A stretch of DNA of 32,000 nucleotides from NCBI RefSeq assembly GCF_000186885.1, contig NC_014972.1, positions 630,001 through 662,000 on the forward strand. The letters run 5' to 3'. Shown piece by piece: positions 25,012-32,000 of this stretch. The stretch is from Desulfobulbus propionicus DSM 2032. GTDB lineage: Bacteria; Desulfobacterota; Desulfobulbia; Desulfobulbales; Desulfobulbaceae. The position numbers were made by a program, and so were the translations under genes. The notes beneath the pieces were generated by a model. The model made no database searches, had not been told where the DNA came from, and worked only from the letters and a program-made list of their open reading frames with translations. Within the stretch, counting starts at the first letter, position 1; each line of letters starts with the position of its first letter.

Positions 25012-25040
25012 ATTATAGTCCCGGATGGCCGGGATCACCA
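25012..25040 (-). promoter_or_regulatory. Candidate sigma70 promoter for the selenoprotein-bioF-bioG operon
   Basis: On the minus strand: TGGTGA (-35, 3 of 6), a 17-nt spacer, then a perfect TATAAT. An A-tract lies upstream. About 60 nt upstream of the ATG at 24950. Confidence 0.4.
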
Positions 25041-25075
25041 CTTTTTTTCCAGAGAAAGGGCTGCGCCCGGGTGGT

Positions 25076-26209
25076 TTACCCCACCCGGTTGCCGAGACAG
25101 GCATCGGTTTCCAGGGCGGCCCGGATCCAGGGATGGTCAAGCGGCACGGTCTTGCGCTTGCCGACCACCTGGGCGAGGTCCACCAGTTCGGTGGATTCGC
25201 CCTTGACCGCGACCATGCAGCCGAATTGCCGTTCATTGACCGCGGCCACGCAGGCGGAACCGAGCCGGGTGGCCAGGATACGGTCGGCGGCCGTGGGGGT
25301 GCCGCCGCGCTGCAGATGGCCGAGGATGGTCACCCGGCTTTCCAGTCCGGTGAGGGCCTCCAGCTGGGCCGAGAGCCGCAGGGTGTTGGTGGCGTGGTTG
25401 GCCTGAAAGGCGGCCAGGGCGGCGGCGGCCTTTTTCTGCTTCTTGTCGTCCTTGAGCGCCGCCTGTTTCTTGTCCTGCAGCCGCGCCAGCTCCTTGGCGT
25501 CCTCCAGCGCCAGGGCGCCCTCGGAAACGGCAACAATGCTGAAGTTCTTACCCCGGTGCCGCCGCCTGCGGATCGCCTCGGCCACCTGGGTAACGTCGTA
25601 GGGGATCTCGGGGATGAGGATCACGTCGGCGCCGCTGGCCAGGCCGGCGCCCAGCCCCAGCCAGCCGGTGTTGTGGCCCATGATCTCGACCACGATGATC
25701 CGGTGGTGGCTGTGGGCGGTGGAATGGAGGCGGTCGATGGCGTCGGTGGCGATCGACAGGGCGGTGTCGAAACCAAAGGTGATGTCGGTCATGGCCACGT
25801 CGTTGTCGATGGTCTTGGGCAGGGTGATGACATTCACCCCGGCCTGGGCCAGCCGATAGGCGTTTTTCTGGGTGCCGCCGCCGCCAATGCAGATCAGGGC
25901 CTCGAGGTTGTGGCGGTGGTAGTTGTCGATCATCACCTCGGTCATGTCCTGGACCTTGGAACCGACCGGCATCTTGTGCGGCTTGTCGCGGCTGGTGCCG
26001 AGGATGGTCCCGCCCAGGGTGAGGATGCCGGAGAGGATCTCGCCCTCCAGGTGAACGGTACGGTTCTCCATCAGGCCGCGAAAGCCGTCGCGAAAACCGA
26101 TCACCTGCATGTTGTAGGCGTTGAGCGCGCTCTTGCCGATGGCCCGGATGGCTGCATTGAGACCGGGGCTGTCGCCGCCGGCGGTCAGGACGCCGATGCA
26201 TTTTCCCAT
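25076..26209 (-). CDS. pfkA: ATP-dependent 6-phosphofructokinase
   Basis: [23 protein letters not shown], 'ICIGGGGT', 'LPKTIDNDV', 'MGHNTGW', 'LGHLQRGG'. Contains an extra Lys/Ala-rich segment at about aa 234-280. Confidence 0.85.
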   Translation of the reverse strand: MGKCIGVLTAGGDSPGLNAAIRAIGKSALNAYNMQVIGFRDGFRGLMENRTVHLEGEILSGILTLGGTILGTSRDKPHKMPVGSKVQDMTEVMIDNYHRHNLEALICIGGGGTQKNAYRLAQAGVNVITLPKTIDNDVAMTDITFGFDTALSIATDAIDRLHSTAHSHHRIIVVEIMGHNTGWLGLGAGLASGADVILIPEIPYDVTQVAEAIRRRRHRGKNFSIVAVSEGALALEDAKELARLQDKKQAALKDDKKQKKAAAALAAFQANHATNTLRLSAQLEALTGLESRVTILGHLQRGGTPTAADRILATRLGSACVAAVNERQFGCMVAVKGESTELVDLAQVVGKRKTVPLDHPWIRAALETDACLGNRVG

Positions 26210-26391
26210 GGATGTTCCTCCGCGATTCCCTTGATGGCACCTTGTCGTTCCCTGTTTTTAACCATATCGACATCCGGGGCGCAACAATCCTCATCAAATC
26301 CTAACCGAGGCCGAACCTGTCTTTAACATGGCACCGATACCTTTCCCTCAGTTACGGCGGGATGGGCCCGCCGGCCTCTGATGGAGTGTGC

Positions 26392-27777
26392 ATGTCACCC
26401 CTGCTGCTGATCACCATTGTTTTTCTCCTGTCGTCCCTGGCCTTCTGGCTGGGCAAACGGCGCGCCCTCGTCCTCGCCGGCCGTGGGAGCGGTGTGCGGA
26501 TGCACTCCCGGCCCGGCTATTACGGTCTGCTCACCGGTCTGTGGTGCGGCCTGCCCGCCCTGCTGGTGATCGTCGCCTGGCAGCTGCTGGCCGAACCCCT
26601 GCTCACCCGTTTGGCCATGGACAGCGTGGTGGCCGCCAAGGGGTCGCTGAGTCCGGAACAGCTGGGCCTGCTGACCAACGACCTGCGGAACCTGGTGGCC
26701 GGCAGACCGCTCGGCCTGGCGGTCGATCCGCTGCTCCAGGCCGCCGCTGACCGCTATCTGGGCATGGAACGCATCAGCGACCTGGCTCTGGCGGCGACGG
26801 CCCTGGCCGCCGGCCTGATTGGCGCCTCGGTGCTCCATGGCCGCATCCGGCCGGGTCTGCGGGCGCGCAACCAGGTCGAGCTGGCGATCGAAATCGCCCT
26901 CATCCTCTGTTCCATCCTGGCGGTGTTCATCACCATCGGCATCGTGCTCTCGGTGCTGTTCGAGTCGATCCGCTTCTTCCAGCAGGTGCCGTTCACCGAT
27001 TTCCTTTTCGGTCTCAAGTGGAGCCCGCAAATGGCCATCCGCGCCGACCAGGCCGGCAGTTCCGGCAGCTTCGGCGCCGTGCCGGTGCTCGCCGGCACCT
27101 TTCTCATCTCGGCCATTGCCATGGCCATCGCCGTGCCCTTGGGCCTGATGTCGGCCATCTATCTTTCCGAATATGCCGGGCCAAAATTCCGGGCCACGGT
27201 CAAGCCGCTGTTGGAAATCCTGGCCGGGGTGCCCACGGTGGTCTACGGTTTTTTCGCCGCCCTGGTGGTGGCGCCGCTGATCCGCGATCTGGGTGGCGTG
27301 TTCGGCCTGTCGGTGGCCTCGGAGAGCGCCCTGGCCGCTGGCCTGGTCATGGGGATCATGATCATCCCCTTTGTCAGCTCGCTGTCCGACGACGTGATCA
27401 ACGCCGTGCCCCAGTCGTTGCGCGACGGCTCCTACGGACTGGGCGCGACCAAGAGCGAGACCATCAAGCTGGTGGTCCTGCCCGCCGCCCTGCCGGGCAT
27501 CGTCGGCTCGATCCTGCTGGCGGTGTCGCGGGCCATCGGCGAGACCATGATCGTGGTCATGGCCGCCGGCCTGGCCGCCAACCTGACCCTCAACCCGCTG
27601 CAGGCGGTGACCACGGTGACCGTGCAGATCGTCACCCTGCTGGTCGGCGACCAGGAGTTCGACAGCCCCAAGACACTGGCCGCCTTTGCCCTGGGCATGC
27701 TGCTGTTCGTGGTCACCCTGGCGCTCAACGTCATCGCCCTCTACGTGGTGCGCACATACCGGGAAGAATATGAATAA
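26392..27777 (+). CDS. pstC: Phosphate ABC transporter permease PstC (long form)
   Basis: Polytopic. EAA-like loop 'SLRDGSYGLGATKSETI'. GGAG lies 5 nt upstream of the ATG at 26392; the alternative ATG at 26362 lacks an SD. Overlaps the pstA start. Confidence 0.8.
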   Translation: MSPLLLITIVFLLSSLAFWLGKRRALVLAGRGSGVRMHSRPGYYGLLTGLWCGLPALLVIVAWQLLAEPLLTRLAMDSVVAAKGSLSPEQLGLLTNDLRNLVAGRPLGLAVDPLLQAAADRYLGMERISDLALAATALAAGLIGASVLHGRIRPGLRARNQVELAIEIALILCSILAVFITIGIVLSVLFESIRFFQQVPFTDFLFGLKWSPQMAIRADQAGSSGSFGAVPVLAGTFLISAIAMAIAVPLGLMSAIYLSEYAGPKFRATVKPLLEILAGVPTVVYGFFAALVVAPLIRDLGGVFGLSVASESALAAGLVMGIMIIPFVSSLSDDVINAVPQSLRDGSYGLGATKSETIKLVVLPAALPGIVGSILLAVSRAIGETMIVVMAAGLAANLTLNPLQAVTTVTVQIVTLLVGDQEFDSPKTLAAFALGMLLFVVTLALNVIALYVVRTYREEYE

Positions 27778-29038
27778 CGACATTTCCACCATGGACCGGG
27801 TCAAGGTCGGCCTGGTCGCCCGCTACCGCCGGGAACGCCGCTTCCGAATGTTTGGCCTGACAGCCATTGTCGCCAGCCTGCTGTTTCTGGTCCTGCTGCT
27901 CGCCTCGATCGGCGCCAAGGGCTACACCGCCTTCCGCCAGAGCGAGATCCTGCTCGACATCCATTTTGACCCGGCGGTGCTCGACGTCGACAACCTGGCC
28001 ACCGCCAACTACGCGGCCCTGGTGCGGGAGGCGGTTCTGGCCCTGTTCCCCGAGGTGGAGAGCCGCCAGGACAAGCGAACCGTGGCCAAGCTGGTCAGCA
28101 GCGGCGCGGCCCATGCCCTGCAGGCGATGGTGATGGCCAAGCCCGAGTTGATCGGCACCACCCGGGCCGTCTGGGTGACGGCCGACGACGAGGTGGACAT
28201 GTTCGTCAAGGGCCACATTCCCCGCGACGTGCCCGAGTCGGAACGACGGATCAGCGACCAGCAGGCGGCCTGGATCGACCGGCTGATCGAGGCCGGGCGG
28301 CTGGAACAGCGGTTCAACGCCGCCTTCTTCCAGGCCGGTGACTCGCGCGAGCCCGAGCTGGCCGGCATCCGCGGCGCCACCATGGGTTCGCTCTTCACCC
28401 TGGCCGTGACCCTGGTGCTCAGCTTTCCGGTGGGCGTGGCCGCGGCGGTCTATCTGGAAGAGTTCGCTCCCAAGAACCGCTGGACCGACCTGATCGAAGT
28501 CAACATCAACAACCTGGCCGCGATCCCCTCGATCGTTTTCGGCCTGCTCGGCCTGGCGGTGTTCCTCAATTTCCTCGGTCTGCCGCGTTCCTCCTCGCTG
28601 GTCGGCGGCCTGGTGCTGACCCTGATGACCCTGCCGACGATCATCATCGCCAGTCGGGCCTCGCTCAAATCGGTGCCGCCCTCGATCCGCGAGGCGGCCC
28701 TGGGGGTGGGCGCCTCCAAGATGCAGACCATCGCCCACCACGTTCTGCCCCTGGCCCTGCCGGGGATGATGACCGGGGCGATCATCGGCATGGCCCGTGC
28801 CCTGGGCGAGACCGCGCCGCTGTTGATGATCGGCATGGTGGCCTTCATCGTCGACGTGCCCCAGGGGTTCCATGATCCGGCGACGGTGCTGCCGGTCCAG
28901 ATCTACCTCTGGGCCGACAGCCCGGAACGGGCCTTTGTCGAACGGACCTCGGCGGCGATTATGGTCCTGCTCGTGCTGCTGCTGGCCATGAACGCCGCCG
29001 CGGTCTTGTTGCGCAACAAATTCGAACGCCGTTGGTAA
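27770..29038 (+). CDS. pstA: Phosphate ABC transporter permease PstA (long form)
   Basis: MNNDISTMDRVKV...; 'SIREAALGVGASKMQTI' EAA loop; polytopic. The ATG at 27770 overlaps the pstC stop. Confidence 0.8.
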   Translation: MNNDISTMDRVKVGLVARYRRERRFRMFGLTAIVASLLFLVLLLASIGAKGYTAFRQSEILLDIHFDPAVLDVDNLATANYAALVREAVLALFPEVESRQDKRTVAKLVSSGAAHALQAMVMAKPELIGTTRAVWVTADDEVDMFVKGHIPRDVPESERRISDQQAAWIDRLIEAGRLEQRFNAAFFQAGDSREPELAGIRGATMGSLFTLAVTLVLSFPVGVAAAVYLEEFAPKNRWTDLIEVNINNLAAIPSIVFGLLGLAVFLNFLGLPRSSSLVGGLVLTLMTLPTIIIASRASLKSVPPSIREAALGVGASKMQTIAHHVLPLALPGMMTGAIIGMARALGETAPLLMIGMVAFIVDVPQGFHDPATVLPVQIYLWADSPERAFVERTSAAIMVLLVLLLAMNAAAVLLRNKFERRW

Positions 29039-29139
29039 GCAACACACAATCGAAACGGTTTGCTAACCCGGTACAAATATTGAGCTGCTACCTTTTTTTC
29101 AACCAACTTGTTCATCAACTTTACCAAGGAGATTGTCCC

Positions 29140-30192
29140 ATGCACAAATGTATGCTTTCCCTGGCCGCCGCTTCCCTGCTGCTCGGCACCGCCACCCTTG
29201 CCCCGGCCGCCGACGGCCGCGACTACATCTCGATCGTCGGTTCGTCCACGGTCTACCCCTTTGCCACCGCCGTGGCCGAGCAGTTCGGCAAGTCGACCAA
29301 GTTCAAGACCCCGAAGATCGAATCGACCGGCACCGGCGGCGGCATGAAGCTGTTTTGCGCCGGCGCCGGCGTCGACACCCCTGACATCGCCAATGCCTCG
29401 CGGCGGATGAAGCCGGCCGAAATGGATACCTGCCGCAAGAACGGCGTGGCCGAGGTGGTGGAGGTCAAGGTCGGCTACGACGGCATTGTCATCGCCAACA
29501 GCAAGAAGGCCGAGCCGATGCAGCTCAGCCGCAAGGAGCTGTTCCTGGCCCTGGCCAAGGAAGTGCCCAGCCCCGAGGGCGGCGACAAGCTGGTGGCCAA
29601 TCCCTACACCACCTGGAAGGAGATCAACAAGGAGCTGCCGGACAGCAAAATCGAGGTGCTCGGCCCACCGCCCACCTCCGGCACCCGCGACGCCTTTGTC
29701 GAGCTGGTGATGGACGAGGGCTGCACCGCCTTTGATTCGATCAAGGCACTGAAAAAGAGCGACGAGAAGAAATTCAAGGCCGTATGCCAGACCGTGCGCG
29801 AGGATGGCGCCTACGTCGAGGCCGGCGAGAACGACAACCTGATCGTGCAGAAGCTGGAGGCCAATCCCAAGAGCCTGGGCATCTTCGGCTTCAGCTTCCT
29901 CGACCAGAACGCGGACAAGATCCAGGGCGCGGTGGTCGACGGCGAGGCCCCGACCTTCGACAACATCGCCGCGGGCAAGTACGCGGTGTCCCGGCCGCTG
30001 TACATCTACGTCAAGAAGGCCCATGTGGGTGTGATCCCCGGCATGGCCGAGTATCTGGCCGAGTTCACCAGCGACCGCGCCTGGGGCGAGGAAGGCTATC
30101 TGGCTGAAAAAGGCCTGATCCCCGCGCCCGCGGAGGAGCGGACCCGGATGGCCGCCGACGCCAAGGCCCTCAAGCCGGTGGCGCTCGACTGA
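29140..30192 (+). CDS. pstS: Phosphate ABC transporter substrate-binding protein (PstS/PhoT family)
   Basis: AAGGAG SD. Signal peptide [24 protein letters not shown]. '[12 protein letters not shown]', 'STGTGGG', 'ANASRRMK', 'PTSGTRD' phosphate-binding family motifs. Confidence 0.8.
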   Translation: MHKCMLSLAAASLLLGTATLAPAADGRDYISIVGSSTVYPFATAVAEQFGKSTKFKTPKIESTGTGGGMKLFCAGAGVDTPDIANASRRMKPAEMDTCRKNGVAEVVEVKVGYDGIVIANSKKAEPMQLSRKELFLALAKEVPSPEGGDKLVANPYTTWKEINKELPDSKIEVLGPPPTSGTRDAFVELVMDEGCTAFDSIKALKKSDEKKFKAVCQTVREDGAYVEAGENDNLIVQKLEANPKSLGIFGFSFLDQNADKIQGAVVDGEAPTFDNIAAGKYAVSRPLYIYVKKAHVGVIPGMAEYLAEFTSDRAWGEEGYLAEKGLIPAPAEERTRMAADAKALKPVALD

Positions 30193-30263
30193 TCATCGGC
30201 ACAAGACCGCCGGGGGATCGTTTCGGTCCTCTGGCGGATACGGAACACAATGGAGTCACAACC

Positions 30264-31139
<876 letters not shown>

Positions 31140-31164
31140 GCGGCCGGTTTCGCGACCCGGCCGC
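31140..31164. terminator. GC-rich hairpin in the 26-nt convergent gap (pstB / hybrid kinase)
   Basis: GCGGCCGG-(9 nt)-CCGGCCGC, a perfect 8-bp stem. There is no U-tract on either strand, so terminator function is uncertain. Confidence 0.3.
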
Positions 31165-31165
31165 A

Positions 31166-32000
31166 TCAGGAATCGGTTTCCAGGGCCTCGCGCACCTTGG
31201 CGGCCAGCGCCGCCATGGTGAATGGTTTTTGCAGAAAGTGCATGCCCTGGTCGAGCACGCCGTGGTGGGCGATGACATTGGCCGTGTAGCCGGACATGAA
31301 CAGCATCTTGAGCCGTGGATGGAGCGCGCCGAGCGTTTTGGCCAGGTCGCGGCCGTTCATTTCCGGCATGATCACATCGGTGATCAGCAGCCGGATGGCC
31401 CCTTCGTGCTCCCGGGCCAGGCGGATGGCCTCGCTCGGGGTGGCGGCGGCCAGCACCGTGTATCCCAGATGTTCGAGCATGGACATGGTCATGTCCAAAT
31501 TCATCGGTTCATCCTCGACCAGGAGAAGGGTCTCGGGGCCGCCCGCCATCGGCGGCGCGGGTTCTTCCGGCTCTCGCTCCTCCGTTTCCCGCTCGTGCAG
31601 GGGCAGGTACATCCTGAAGGTCGTGCCCCTGCCCTGTTCGCTGTCGACATGGATGCAGCCGTTGTTCTGGCGGATGATCCCGTAGACTGTTGCCAAGCCC
31701 AGCCCGGTGCCCTTGCCCGTTTCCTTGGTGGTGAAAAACGGTTCAAACAGATGGGAGATGGTCTCCGGGGCCATGCCGCAGCCGGTATCGCTCACCGCCA
31801 GCAGCACATAGGCGCCGGGCTGACAGTCCCGGTGGGTGGTGCAGTAGGCCTCGTCCAGGGACACGGTGGCGGTTTGGATGGTGATTCGGCCGGTTTCGCC
31901 GATGGCGTCGCGGGCGTTGACGCACAGATTGACCAGGATCTGATCGAGCTGTGACGGATCGATCTTGACCGCGCCGAGATTCCTGCCCGGCAGCCAGGCC
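31166..32000 (-). CDS. Hybrid sensor histidine kinase, 3' part only (HATPase_c plus receiver); 5' end beyond the window
   Basis: The frame stays open to the window edge: 'DPSQLDQILVNLCVNARDAI...SDTGCGM...GTGLGLATVYG', then receiver 'LLLVEDEP...DVIMPEMNGRDL...KPF'. The ORF-track 'start' at 31864 is an internal GTG. Confidence 0.85.
   Translation of the reverse strand, partial: AWLPGRNLGAVKIDPSQLDQILVNLCVNARDAIGETGRITIQTATVSLDEAYCTTHRDCQPGAYVLLAVSDTGCGMAPETISHLFEPFFTTKETGKGTGLGLATVYGIIRQNNGCIHVDSEQGRGTTFRMYLPLHERETEEREPEEPAPPMAGGPETLLLVEDEPMNLDMTMSMLEHLGYTVLAAATPSEAIRLAREHEGAIRLLITDVIMPEMNGRDLAKTLGALHPRLKMLFMSGYTANVIAHHGVLDQGMHFLQKPFTMAALAAKVREALETDS

Noticed and set aside
26395-29047. 469-aa and 438-aa minus-strand ORFs opposite pstC and pstA
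   Set aside because: Their His/Gly/Arg/Asp/Gln-rich composition is incompatible with real proteins. The plus strand encodes canonical polytopic permeases with EAA loops.

Overview
High-GC (visibly >60%) bacterial chromosomal window, densely coded and mostly housekeeping. Gene content (BioG-type biotin esterase, HD-GYP, an in-frame-UGA thioredoxin-fold gene) suggests an anaerobic Desulfobacterota or Proteobacteria-type genome, but that is inference only. Left to right: (1) a cobalamin riboswitch leading a nucleotide-loop assembly operon, cobU-cobS-cobC-cobT, plus a CbiR-like TIM-barrel gene. (2) A hemolysin-III family gene. (3) A long minus-strand array: rsmB, hypothetical, M24 aminopeptidase, PIN-PhoH ATPase, hypothetical, pyrF, nitroreductase. 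(4) tRNA-Leu(CAA) with its own promoter and a strong terminator. (5) Directly 3' of the tRNA, a ~2.6 kb low-GC islet containing only orphan secreted or membrane ORFs, with no integrase. (6) A signalling and envelope neighbourhood: a hybrid histidine kinase with a periplasmic solute-binding domain, a stand-alone PilZ protein, a small secreted protein, a 748-aa bitopic protein with a Gly/Tyr-rich tail preceded by a 30-codon ORF, and a periplasmic-sensor HD-GYP phosphodiesterase. (7) A stand-alone DUF504/MJ1316-like gene. (8) A minus-strand operon of an ArsC/YffB-family gene, bioF and bioG. The first gene is only complete if an in-frame TGA is read as selenocysteine, and the ORF track misses its N-terminus. 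(9) pfkA. (10) A pstC-pstA-pstS-pstB phosphate transporter. (11) The 3' part of a second hybrid kinase, paralogous to the first, running off the window. I found no CRISPR array, transposase, integrase or recognisable defence system. The observations I rate highest are the candidate selenoprotein with a SECIS-like hairpin, the tRNA-adjacent low-GC islet, and the uncharacterised envelope gene set flanked by c-di-GMP genes. All family assignments come from motif recognition by eye; no searches were run.
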